A stretch of 64,000 nucleotides of DNA from Phormidesmis sp. Its GTDB lineage: Bacteria; Cyanobacteriota; Cyanobacteriia; Leptolyngbyales; Leptolyngbyaceae. A program made the translations under genes and the position numbers. The notes beneath the pieces are model-generated. The model made no database searches. It was given only the letters and a program-made list of their open reading frames with translations, and had not been told where the DNA came from. Where the stretch lies: contig CBDFJR010000005.1 of assembly GCA_965248535.1 (NCBI GenBank), positions 192,001 through 256,000 of the forward strand, written 5' to 3'. This document shows positions 11,040 through 20,674 of this stretch, one piece after another (positions within the stretch are counted from its first letter, which is position 1; every line of letters starts with the position of its first letter).

Positions 11040-12254
11040 TCACGGCTGCCACCGCTTGTTAAATTCGCCCAATTGATAAGCTTGATAGGTCGATCGCCAG
11101 TCGAGTTCTCTGATTAAAACGCCTTCTTTAATCGAGACCTGAACTTTTGCCGAGTCTGAATGGATTGTTTTAGCAACAGGCTCTTTTTGATAAGTCTGAA
11201 TTACATCAAGATTAAAAATTAGCCCATATAAAAGCTGTAGCCCGATCAAAAAGCTTAAATATCGAGTCTTTTTGACCCGATCGGAGGTTGCAATGAAATA
11301 AGTGACGCTAAACAAGATTGGCAGCAGATAAGCATATTCATGGGGAAGCTTGAAAAACATGATTTCGTTGTAGATAAGGCACCACAAAGCGCCATGAAAC
11401 AGCAGTTTTTCGACCCGAATCTTTTGAAAAGGATTCGTCACCATTTTCTGAAAGAAGCCGTTGTCTTGAATCAAGAATATGACCAGCAAAATAAACGCGG
11501 GAAGCCCCCAGAAGTAAATATTTTTGTAGAAAAATCTGGCTAGAATGCCGATAAATCCACCAGCGGCATCTGGGCCAACGGCTAAAAATGACAGGGACAT
11601 CCCAGAAGCGAAAAAAACAGGCAAATAGAACCCACCAGTCGCCACCAAAAAAATTAGAAACCCCTGAATCAGTGAGTTTCTGAGCTTGGGGGTTTCATGG
11701 GTGTAAGGAACGTAGAGGAGAAACGCGATCGCGCCCATTGGCCCATAGGTCAACCGCGAACAAACCGCCGCCGCAAACAGCAACCCAGCCCATCTCGGCT
11801 TTTCTTTAATGAGAATAAAGAGTCCTAAACTAAAGAAAAATGCGCCATAAACGTAGTCCATTGAGGTGGTAGAGGCAATGATCCAAAAGGGATTTGACGC
11901 AATGGCTAACACCGATAAAGCTGCGATCAAAGAAGTCGTTATTCTCAACAGCAGCCTATAGAAAATAAATAAACTGGAGACAGAAAGCGCAATCGAAATG
12001 AAGTTTGCAAGATAGAATCCTCCAATCTCAGACGCTAGCCCGATCGTCAATTCTGGAATTAAATTGCCTTGAAACCGAGACGGAACATACTTCCCCTCGC
12101 TGATTAATATTTTCCAAGTGTTTAGCATCCGATAGGTATCGTCGTCATTTCCATAGCCGTGACCATTGAGGGCAAAAATGCCGTAACCGATCGCTAAGAG
12201 ACCTAGAATCCAATAAATGTTAACGGGCTGAGACGGTTTTATTGCTTGAGTCAT
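11040..12254 (-). CDS. Polytopic membrane protein, probable GT-C-type glycosyltransferase
   Basis: About 10 hydrophobic segments; acidic NDDD in the loop after TM1; ATG 12254 after GGGGAG; last gene of the EPS cluster. Confidence 0.6.
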   Translation of the reverse strand: MTQAIKPSQPVNIYWILGLLAIGYGIFALNGHGYGNDDDTYRMLNTWKILISEGKYVPSRFQGNLIPELTIGLASEIGGFYLANFISIALSVSSLFIFYRLLLRITTSLIAALSVLAIASNPFWIIASTTSMDYVYGAFFFSLGLFILIKEKPRWAGLLFAAAVCSRLTYGPMGAIAFLLYVPYTHETPKLRNSLIQGFLIFLVATGGFYLPVFFASGMSLSFLAVGPDAAGGFIGILARFFYKNIYFWGLPAFILLVIFLIQDNGFFQKMVTNPFQKIRVEKLLFHGALWCLIYNEIMFFKLPHEYAYLLPILFSVTYFIATSDRVKKTRYLSFLIGLQLLYGLIFNLDVIQTYQKEPVAKTIHSDSAKVQVSIKEGVLIRELDWRSTYQAYQLGEFNKRWQP

Positions 12255-12279
12255 TGCGATTACTCCCCACGAGTTGATT

Positions 12280-13665
12280 CTAAGATTTGCTCCCCAACGC
12301 GGCTGCATAATAGTGACGAGCCGCGATCGTGATGCCGATAAAACTCCACAACACCATGCCAAACGCACTTAACATCACATTATTTAACCCAATCTGAGAA
12401 AAAGTAGCGATCGCGATCGCTCGTGCTGCACTCATAAACGAATCACTAATCACATCACGACTTTGAATCAAACTCGCAATCAGCAATAGCAATCCTCCCA
12501 GATAAGGCAACAGCCCGATCCATCCCAACGTTAACAGCAACGTTAAAATTCCACTATCGTTGCTGCCAATGTTAGCGTTTTTAATCACAAATCCCATTCC
12601 TAAACCTGAAACATTAGTCACAGCACTGGTCAGAATCGTGTTATAACCTTGCGATCGATCAGCATAACTCACGTCATTTTGTCCTGAAAAGACGCTTTGA
12701 ACACGAGCACTGATTACTGATGCAAACGGATCAATGGTCGTCAACGGCAACACAACAATCATCATGACTAAAAGCGTTAAAATAAGCTGCATTTGCAGTT
12801 TTGGCTTCAGTGATGGTAAAAACACGACTAAGGCAACCACCCAACTCAGCCACGCCGATCGGGCCAGCGACAGCAACAGTGAGAGATAGCCTACGCTAGA
12901 TGCTGGAAATCGCAACGCGCTGCGACTAGCAAACAGTAAAAATAATCCTGCCACCATCACACACGCGAATGGCTGCGGAGACTGCATCGTGCTAAACACC
13001 CTGATTCCTAAAGGGTTTGGCGTTCCAAACACCAGGGTTGCTTGGTTTTGCAGCCAAAAACGATCCCATCCTGGCGCAATTAAAAACTGCACGACTCCAT
13101 AAGCGCCCATCACCAACACGCCCCACACAAACACGCGCTGAAGCGTCTGGCGCAAATCGGGATAGATGCGCCAATGGGCATACAGATGATAGCCAAATGC
13201 AACCGGAGCCAGCCAATTCAGCAAGGGAACGATCACCGTCTGTGGGGGCGAATTAATTAATCCCACCAAAAAACCATAGATCACTCCCGTCATGCAAAGC
13301 ACAAACGGCAACCCTCCCCCTTTGAGCGCTTTGGGCAACCCCTTAGCGAAGGTGATCAGAGAGACGATCGTGACCAAAAACGGAGCCAACAACACCGGGC
13401 TAGGATCAACCCATCCCGCCTGCACGTCTACGAGTCGGCGCACAAAGGCCGCCAAAAACCAAATCCACCACGTAAACCCCACATAGAGCAAGGGATATCG
13501 CCAATAGAGAAATATCCCGATCGCCAGCGACCCCGCCGGAAACGCATAGCGCAGCACTCCTCCCGCGTGCACCACCAGACAAAGCGCTGAAAACAGCACC
13601 AGGCTGAGAATCGCGATCCAGGCGGGGGCAGGGTAGAAGAGGCGAGAAGGCGCAGAAGAAGTCAT
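12280..13665 (-). CDS. Wzy/O-antigen-ligase-like polysaccharide polymerase
   Basis: Multi-TM protein with RVFSTMQSP, SLARSAW and GLGMG...DSG motifs, inside the glycosyltransferase cluster. Confidence 0.78.
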   Translation of the reverse strand: MTSSAPSRLFYPAPAWIAILSLVLFSALCLVVHAGGVLRYAFPAGSLAIGIFLYWRYPLLYVGFTWWIWFLAAFVRRLVDVQAGWVDPSPVLLAPFLVTIVSLITFAKGLPKALKGGGLPFVLCMTGVIYGFLVGLINSPPQTVIVPLLNWLAPVAFGYHLYAHWRIYPDLRQTLQRVFVWGVLVMGAYGVVQFLIAPGWDRFWLQNQATLVFGTPNPLGIRVFSTMQSPQPFACVMVAGLFLLFASRSALRFPASSVGYLSLLLSLARSAWLSWVVALVVFLPSLKPKLQMQLILTLLVMMIVVLPLTTIDPFASVISARVQSVFSGQNDVSYADRSQGYNTILTSAVTNVSGLGMGFVIKNANIGSNDSGILTLLLTLGWIGLLPYLGGLLLLIASLIQSRDVISDSFMSAARAIAIATFSQIGLNNVMLSAFGMVLWSFIGITIAARHYYAAALGSKS

Positions 13666-14795
13666 GGCGAAAGGGCTTTTTCATAGCATCGAAGATTGTC
13701 TTGAGCCACCCGTGACCATTGATAGGTTTGAGCCGTGTGGTAGGCACTGCGGCGGAGTCGATCGAGCCAGTCACGATCGCGGATCAACTGCTCTAGTGCC
13801 TGCTCGATTGCATCGCTGTCTCGGCAGGGAATCACGATCGCGTCTTTGCCATCTTGCACAATCTCTAGCGGGCCGGGTGTAGCAGTGGTGATCGGCGCTA
13901 AACCGCAGGCCATGGCCTCAATCAGAGCCACGCCAAACCCTTCTGAAATAGTGGGAAAAAGCTTGATGTGATGACCCTTGAGCAAGGTTGGCAGCGTGTT
14001 ATTAGCGTAGTAGGGAACGACGTTGACGCGATCGCGCACGGCCGGATCAAACTCAGCATAGACTTCTGCGGCAGGCCGTTCTGTGCCTAACATGCTGACC
14101 TCAACGTGGGGATGGCGCTGAAGAATGCGATTAAGCGCAGGCGTACCGTATTGAATGCCCTTGCGGAGGATATAGCTGCTGACCTGGGCAATTCGCAACG
14201 GCTCACCCTGGGCAGGAGTCGGCTCAAACGGCAGATTGAGATAGTGATCAGGAATGCCGTTAGGAACGATGTGCGCCCGATCGGGGTGAATGCCTAACTG
14301 ATCAATCACGTATTGACGATCGCGCTGATTGAGCAACAAAACCACATCGGCATAGCGCATTGAAGTAGCGGCTTCCCAGAGGCGAATGCTGCCGCGATAG
14401 AGCGGATATTTCCAACTCAGGCGCAGGTTGCCCCGTCGCGCTTCTTCCAAATATTCTAGGTGCTCAATGTGCTCTAAGCCGTGGCACCGCGCCACCAAAA
14501 GCGGCCGACGCTGGCGAAACTTGCTCAACAGAGTAGCCCACATCCAGGCATCTCCGGTGGAGGCATCGACGATATCAACCGCGTGCTGGTCTAGCAGTTG
14601 AGAAATCTGACGCGCCACAAAAATTGGAAAAGCAGAGAATCTGGCCAGTTTATGAAGTCGCTCTGGCACATTGTCAAGGGAGTAATAATGAACGTCGTGG
14701 CCTAACTTTTGATATTCTTGACCAAGCCGCCAAGTGACACCCGCCGCACCCGCGTTGACATCAAAGGGATAATGACAAGTGAATAGAGTTTTCAT
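13662..14795 (-). CDS. Glycosyltransferase family 4
   Basis: IVPNGI, RKG, EGFGVALIEAMACG. Confidence 0.92.
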   Translation of the reverse strand: MKTLFTCHYPFDVNAGAAGVTWRLGQEYQKLGHDVHYYSLDNVPERLHKLARFSAFPIFVARQISQLLDQHAVDIVDASTGDAWMWATLLSKFRQRRPLLVARCHGLEHIEHLEYLEEARRGNLRLSWKYPLYRGSIRLWEAATSMRYADVVLLLNQRDRQYVIDQLGIHPDRAHIVPNGIPDHYLNLPFEPTPAQGEPLRIAQVSSYILRKGIQYGTPALNRILQRHPHVEVSMLGTERPAAEVYAEFDPAVRDRVNVVPYYANNTLPTLLKGHHIKLFPTISEGFGVALIEAMACGLAPITTATPGPLEIVQDGKDAIVIPCRDSDAIEQALEQLIRDRDWLDRLRRSAYHTAQTYQWSRVAQDNLRCYEKALSP

Positions 14796-15931
14796 CGTGC
14801 AACGATCGCCTCATTAAACAGACGTTCTAACTTTTCAAAATGAGTTTGGGCATTAAATTTACGCTCGACAAGTGTGCGCCCTTGATGGCCCATCTGCTGT
14901 CTTAATTCAGGATTTTGAATCAGTTGATGAATGCTGTGAGCAAGGGCAACGCGATCGCCACGTTCAATGAGTAAGCCATTCTCGCCATGAACAATAATTT
15001 CAGGAATAGCATTCACTCGCGTGGTAATAATCGGCAACCCTGCCGCCATCGCTTCTAAAAACACCCACGGCGTGCAGTCAGAATAGGTGGGCATCACAAA
15101 CAGATCAGCGTCTCGATAGAGGTTGAGCCATTCGGGTGTGTAGGCTTTGATGTCGTGATAGAGGTGCACGTTAGGATGATCACAAGCGGGTCTAGCCTCT
15201 GTGACTAGATGTAGGTTAGCGCGATCGCTGAATTGATCGAGAAAAACCTCTAAAAGATCATTGCCCCCTTTGCGTTCAAAATCTATGCCGATGAACAGAA
15301 TATTGGGAAGCGCTCGATCGGGCTGGTTAGATGCAGGCGTAATCTGATCGGCGTTGATTCCGGTATAGACAGTCACCACTTTTGCGGGTTCTATTCCATA
15401 ATCATGAATGACAGATTGGCGCGCCGCTTCAGAAAAACTGAGAATTTTTTGAGCCGTTTGAAAAACCTTTCTCTCTAAGTAGATATTGGGTGCATAAGTC
15501 CAGTGAAAACCAAGATCGGTGTGGTCTCTGGCTGCCTGCTTTGCAGTCCGATCGATGCTGACGATCGTAGGATATTTCCGCATTAAATCGAGACAGAGAA
15601 ACGCTAGAGGCTGGGTGTGAATATGTAGAGCAGCATAGTCTGCTTTACCCAAATTTCGGATCAGAACTCGTCTTGATAAATAGGCCAGGGCAATTTGAAA
15701 TCGAAATAGAAAAAGGTCAAAGTTTTGCTTCCGAATCCAGCGACTTGATGAATAATGACTTAAGAGGCGACGCAAGATTTTGCTATGCAATTCTCGGTCT
15801 TGATCGTGCCAATAAAAATCAACCGTGCAGGCATCTGATTGACGGAAGTAATTTTGCATCAGTTGCCCATAGGTTCGGTGGCCTATGTAGCCTTCAATGA
15901 CTGAAAAAATTCGAGGCGTGTTGATCATCAT
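14792..15931 (-). CDS. Glycosyltransferase family 4
   Basis: LFIGIDFERKGG, ADLFVMPT, FLEAMAAGLP. Confidence 0.92.
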   Translation of the reverse strand: MMINTPRIFSVIEGYIGHRTYGQLMQNYFRQSDACTVDFYWHDQDRELHSKILRRLLSHYSSSRWIRKQNFDLFLFRFQIALAYLSRRVLIRNLGKADYAALHIHTQPLAFLCLDLMRKYPTIVSIDRTAKQAARDHTDLGFHWTYAPNIYLERKVFQTAQKILSFSEAARQSVIHDYGIEPAKVVTVYTGINADQITPASNQPDRALPNILFIGIDFERKGGNDLLEVFLDQFSDRANLHLVTEARPACDHPNVHLYHDIKAYTPEWLNLYRDADLFVMPTYSDCTPWVFLEAMAAGLPIITTRVNAIPEIIVHGENGLLIERGDRVALAHSIHQLIQNPELRQQMGHQGRTLVERKFNAQTHFEKLERLFNEAIVAR

Positions 15932-15944
15932 AGAAGGATAACCG

Positions 15945-17111
15945 CTACATTTTTGTCGTGTTGAGTAACGTTTTTTCTACTCCACTAATCATGCTTTCTA
16001 AGCTGAATTTTTTAACGACATGATCAGAGCATCGCTGCCCCAATCCTGGATCGGTTTCTCGCCAATGAATCACCTCAGAAATTCGATTAGCCAAAGCTTT
16101 TTCGTCTCTAGGAGTCACTAAATTAGCGGCAAGCTCTCCTGTTAAAATCTCAGGAATTCCGCCAACATGACTCGCGACAACGGGCGTTCCACAAGCCAGA
16201 GATTCGATGATTGAGCGACCAAACGGTTCAGACCAGGTGCTAGGTAAAACGCTGATATCACTAGTTTGATAAAGAGCAGCGGGATTGGATAAGTGACCTA
16301 AAAACTGGACGCGATCTTCAATGCCTAAATCTTTGGCTAATTGCTCTAGCGATCGCTGATATTTCAGTCCTTCTTCTTCGCATTCTGCGCCTTTTAACAG
16401 ACTGAAATGAACCACAGGTCTACCAGCGATCATCAGCTTAATATCTGGCTCTTGATGGGCTAAAAGCGCGACCGCTTTGATCAGATATTCAAGCCCCTTG
16501 TCTTGATCGATTCGACCTGCATAGGCGATGACCTTTGCGGGTTCAGAAATCCCCCAAGATTTGCGAGTTGCTAAGAAATCTGAGGCAGGCTTGAATTGGT
16601 GGATATCAGTGCCATTGTGCACCACTTCAATTTTTGAGTCAGGCAGCCCATAGTCAACCCAACTCTGCTTAGTTTGATGAGAAACGGTAATGTAGCGATC
16701 GACGCGATCGAGGGCAAAGCGATTTTGGCGATTAAGCTCACAGGAAGGAATCTGAAAATAGCAGACAAAGGGTAGCCCTCTGAGCCGCGATAAAAGATAG
16801 CCAAACGTGACGGTGTGGCAGACGTTGCTAAACACAATGCTGTCGTCATGAACTGGAATTTTGCCGATTCCGGCCACATTGCGAACAAACTGCAAAATAT
16901 TTTTGGGCTTGCGGCGATCGAAGCCATAGGCATCAATGTGTAAGGTCGAGTCGCAAAACTCACGATATTGATCGAGCAAATTACCGTTTCGTTCATAGAG
17001 CAAGGTGATTTTGTGGCCGCGATCGGCTAAATCACGACAGATTTCTAGCAGATTGCGCTCTTGACCGCCTCGCATTGAGGTTGGCTCTTGTTCTAAAGCA
17101 ATTAAGTGCAT
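15945..17111 (-). CDS. Glycosyltransferase family 4
   Basis: VVHNG, YAGRI..DKG, EPFGRSIIESLACGTP. Confidence 0.92.
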   Translation of the reverse strand: MHLIALEQEPTSMRGGQERNLLEICRDLADRGHKITLLYERNGNLLDQYREFCDSTLHIDAYGFDRRKPKNILQFVRNVAGIGKIPVHDDSIVFSNVCHTVTFGYLLSRLRGLPFVCYFQIPSCELNRQNRFALDRVDRYITVSHQTKQSWVDYGLPDSKIEVVHNGTDIHQFKPASDFLATRKSWGISEPAKVIAYAGRIDQDKGLEYLIKAVALLAHQEPDIKLMIAGRPVVHFSLLKGAECEEEGLKYQRSLEQLAKDLGIEDRVQFLGHLSNPAALYQTSDISVLPSTWSEPFGRSIIESLACGTPVVASHVGGIPEILTGELAANLVTPRDEKALANRISEVIHWRETDPGLGQRCSDHVVKKFSLESMISGVEKTLLNTTKM

Positions 17112-17176
17112 TGATTCTCCTCTGGTGTCTCAGTAGATGGGTCAGCGCTTAGGAATTCAATCCGCCCTGTTTCTTT

Positions 17177-19033
17177 TTAGCGATCGGGTTTCACATCTAC
17201 TCCATGCTGCATCTGGTGATAGTTCCATAGTTTGCCGCGTAGATTGAGTAGTTCTTGATAGGTTCCTTGTTCGACTATTTGACCTTGTTCTAAAACGACT
17301 ACTTTATCGGCCCGAATAATTGTTGATAAACGGTGCGCGATCGCAATCACGGTGCGTCCTTCTGAGATGTCTTCTAGTGATTGTTGAATCAATCGTTCCG
17401 ACACTGAATCTAGAGCGCTGGTGGCTTCATCAAGAATCAGAATTTCAGGGTTCCGCAAGAGAGCACGAGCGATCGCGAGGCGCTGCCGTTGACCTCCCGA
17501 TAGCCGCACACCCCGATCGCCCAGCATGGTCTCAAACTGGTGCGGCATTTCTAAAATGAAATCCATTGCATTAGCCTGCCTCGCAGCATTCCAGACTTGA
17601 GAATCGCTGACGTTTTCTAGCCCATAGGCGATGTTGTAGCGCACCGATGCGTTAAAAATAAATGTGTCTTGACTGACGATCGCCATCCTTTGCCGCAGAG
17701 AGTTTGTGGAGAACGATCGCAGATCTCGTCCATCGATCAAAATCTGTCCCTGTGTCGGGTCATAAAAGCGCGGAATCAAATCGACCAGCGTTGTTTTTCC
17801 GGCACCCGATGCCCCGATTAGCGCCGTCATTTTGCCTCGCGGAATCGTCAGTGTGATGTCTCTCAGCACCGGGCAATGGAGATCGTAACCAAACTCGACC
17901 GCCACGAACTCGATCGCCGTTTTCAAGCCCGCAAACGGCTGAGTTCCCTCTAGCAAATAGGGCTTGTTATCGCTGCGAAGCACGTCGGTAAGGTTAGCGA
18001 TCGTGCCCCCATAGCTGCTTAACTGAGCTCGATTTCCATTCAACTCATGCACCGCCGGAACGAGTCGAAATAAGATAAACAAAAACGTCAGCAGTGACGC
18101 AGTTTGCAGCGTTCCGTTGGCGACAAAGATGGTGATCGCCACGATGATCATGCTGATTAAAACGGTGGTGGCTAGCCCTTCGGCCACAGGTCGCACTAAG
18201 GCGCTACGGGTTGCTGCTTTCATGCTGGTTTTGAGCATCGCTTGGCTAGAGTCATAAAAGCGTTTGCGCTCATAGTCTTGGGTTGCAGACGCTTGCACCG
18301 TGCGAATGCCGCTAATAAACTCTAGGGAAATCGTGGTAAACGCCCCGGCTGCGGTTGACATAGCAAAACTGCTTTCACGCACTCGCGCATTTAGACCAGA
18401 TAACCCCAACGCCAACAGGGTAAACAACGTCAACGCGATCACGGTTAACTGCCAGGAGATTGTGAACATCAACGCAGCGTAGACGACGAGCGTTGCGCCT
18501 TTGGTGATCATATAAGCGATGAGTGAGAATGCTGACTGCAATCGACCTAGCTCACCCGTCAGTGTGTTGATCAACTGGCCAGAACTTGTCTTGCCAAAAT
18601 AGCTGAGGCTGACTGCTTGCAGTTGCTCAAAAATCTGTTTGCGGAGCCGATCGACCAGCTTTTGTTGGGTTAACTCGGTGTAAACCTGAGTTAAATAGTT
18701 AAATCCGGCTCGAATCCAAGTGGAGGCGAGAATCAAACCCGACACTCGATAAAGCCGACTCGTTGAGGAGGCATTAATTCCCAAAATCCACACGTCGAAC
18801 CAGTTCAACCCAGTCTGAAACGGTTTAATCGTCGGGCTAACGAGACTTTGCAGAAACGCGAGCAGGAATCCGAATCCAAATCCTTCAAACGATGCCGCAC
18901 ACAGCGCAAACACGATCGCCGCGATCGCAACCACCGGAAAGTATTGAAACTCTCTCAAAATCAAGGAGTTGTCGCGCCAAAAGCGAGTTGCTTTGACCCC
19001 ACTCCGCACCACCTTGGGAAGCTTAAATCGCAT
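17177..19033 (-). CDS. hepA: HepA-like ABC exporter (polysaccharide-associated)
   Basis: N-terminus KATRFWRDNSLILREFQYF resembles cyanobacterial HepA; GASGAGKT, LSGGQRQR, ILDEATS; adjacent to a hepC-like gene. Confidence 0.8.
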   Translation of the reverse strand: MRFKLPKVVRSGVKATRFWRDNSLILREFQYFPVVAIAAIVFALCAASFEGFGFGFLLAFLQSLVSPTIKPFQTGLNWFDVWILGINASSTSRLYRVSGLILASTWIRAGFNYLTQVYTELTQQKLVDRLRKQIFEQLQAVSLSYFGKTSSGQLINTLTGELGRLQSAFSLIAYMITKGATLVVYAALMFTISWQLTVIALTLFTLLALGLSGLNARVRESSFAMSTAAGAFTTISLEFISGIRTVQASATQDYERKRFYDSSQAMLKTSMKAATRSALVRPVAEGLATTVLISMIIVAITIFVANGTLQTASLLTFLFILFRLVPAVHELNGNRAQLSSYGGTIANLTDVLRSDNKPYLLEGTQPFAGLKTAIEFVAVEFGYDLHCPVLRDITLTIPRGKMTALIGASGAGKTTLVDLIPRFYDPTQGQILIDGRDLRSFSTNSLRQRMAIVSQDTFIFNASVRYNIAYGLENVSDSQVWNAARQANAMDFILEMPHQFETMLGDRGVRLSGGQRQRLAIARALLRNPEILILDEATSALDSVSERLIQQSLEDISEGRTVIAIAHRLSTIIRADKVVVLEQGQIVEQGTYQELLNLRGKLWNYHQMQHGVDVKPDR

Positions 19034-19067
19034 GGATATCAATGAAAGAGGTTTAGTTGGCTTAACG

Positions 19068-19997
19068 TCAATACGCCCCGAATCCCGACAGCACTTTAGG
19101 CACGGTTCTGAGAAGGATTTTGAAATCTTTGGCTAGAGACCAGTTTCGCAGATAGTCCAAATCGAGATCGCTCACTTTGTCGATATCTAACAGATGCGAT
19201 CGGGCTTGAATCTGCCAGGCCCCCGTGATTCCCGGCAGCGCATTTAATCGCTCCAACAGATCGGGACGAATGCGAACAGCATCATAAAGCGCCCAAGGTC
19301 TTGGCCCCACGAGGCTCATTTCGCCCAGCAGCACATTCAATAGCTGGGGCAACTCATCAAAGCTATATTTTCGCAGCCATCTGCCCAGAGGCGTAATCCG
19401 AGGGTCGTCGTCCCGCTTGTGCAGGTTGGTGTGCATTTGGTCTGCCATGACTTGATGATGAGAGTCTTCGGCGTTAACCGTCATTGTGCGAAACTTTAGC
19501 ACTCTAAACAGTTTGCCTCGCTGCCCCACGCGCCACTGTCTAAACAGCACCGGCCCAGGGGTAGAAGCCTTGATCAAAGCAGCGATCGTCAGCATCAGCG
19601 GACTCAGCACTATCAGCAACAATAACGCCAAACTGAAGTCTATCAACCGCTTGCAGCCCCAAAAAACGTGGGTGCGCTGCTGGGGGAGCTTAGAGGCAGT
19701 CGGCAACCTCAGATAGAACGTTTTGCGCGCCTGTTCGCAGGCGTTTGCCCAAAACCTCAGCCCAGACTCGCCCAGACTCGCATCGGCTCGCACGAGACGA
19801 ATGGGGGAGTGACTTAAACAGTCAATTAGCCGCCGCTGGTTGGTTAAGGGGGGAAGGTGGGAGGAGTGCTGCTGCGATCGCAAGACGATCAACTGCTTTT
19901 GTCGCCATTTCAAGACGCACGAAGGAGACTCAACCCCTGATCTCTCCCGAATGATAGAGCGGCTTTCCTGCAAAATTGGAGGGTTAAAAGTCGTCAT
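19068..19997 (-). CDS. hepC: HepC-like initiating sugar transferase (polyprenyl-phosphate glycosylphosphotransferase)
   Basis: KRLID, GPVLFRQWRVG, FRVLKFRTM, DPRIT, DELPQL, MSLVGPRP, LPGITG; HepC-type N-terminal extension (FWANACEQA). Confidence 0.82.
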   Translation of the reverse strand: MTTFNPPILQESRSIIRERSGVESPSCVLKWRQKQLIVLRSQQHSSHLPPLTNQRRLIDCLSHSPIRLVRADASLGESGLRFWANACEQARKTFYLRLPTASKLPQQRTHVFWGCKRLIDFSLALLLLIVLSPLMLTIAALIKASTPGPVLFRQWRVGQRGKLFRVLKFRTMTVNAEDSHHQVMADQMHTNLHKRDDDPRITPLGRWLRKYSFDELPQLLNVLLGEMSLVGPRPWALYDAVRIRPDLLERLNALPGITGAWQIQARSHLLDIDKVSDLDLDYLRNWSLAKDFKILLRTVPKVLSGFGAY

Positions 19998-20251
19998 AGT
20001 TTGACTGAAATTACAGTAAAAGACACCGATCGAAGTCGAAAATCTGATCACAGGTGAGAGAGATGAACGATCGCTTCTGGGTTCACACGCGGAGAGGTTA
20101 TTCAACCAATCTGAGAATCATGGATTTGCTACAACCGAACTCTGTGCAAGACGTGGCACTGCTCAACATGGGTCTAATGTGACAGTGCTCATTAGCTTAG
20201 GCGAGTAGCCGATAGAATTGAATCCACGATCTCGGATATTAAGTAACTTAA

Positions 20252-20294
20252 ATATTAGTAGGCTAGCGAGAAAAAAAATCTACTCCAAGTTAGA
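20252..20294 (-). promoter_or_regulatory. Candidate activator site plus -10 box upstream of hepC
   Basis: Palindrome TCTACT-CCAA-GTTAGA (20279-20294), 21-nt gap, then TAATAT on the minus strand. Confidence 0.45.
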
Positions 20295-20674
20295 TCCGTA
20301 GCTGTCAATTTGGGGTCTAAAAGTGAAATCTCGCATGGGTCTTTGTCCATAGACCTTGAATGAATCGCAAAAAGTAGAGATAGATTCATTTCTGCAAGTT
20401 ATATAAGATACAAACTGCCGATTAAAAACTAGGGGCAACGGTCAAGATTCTCTCAGGGTCAAGAGTGTGAGTTTAGATACTAAAAAATCTCAAGTCACTA
20501 AACATCGGACTTGATATCAAATTAGGGAGATTATTTTGACAAAGATTAAGCGATCGCAGGCACCCTCCTCGATTGGGACTCCTCCTTTCTGTGGGGATCA
20601 CTGCTAGCAAGGACAGTCAGGGAAATATCGCGCTCAAAAATCTCTGAATATTGAGACAATTCACCCTGAAATGT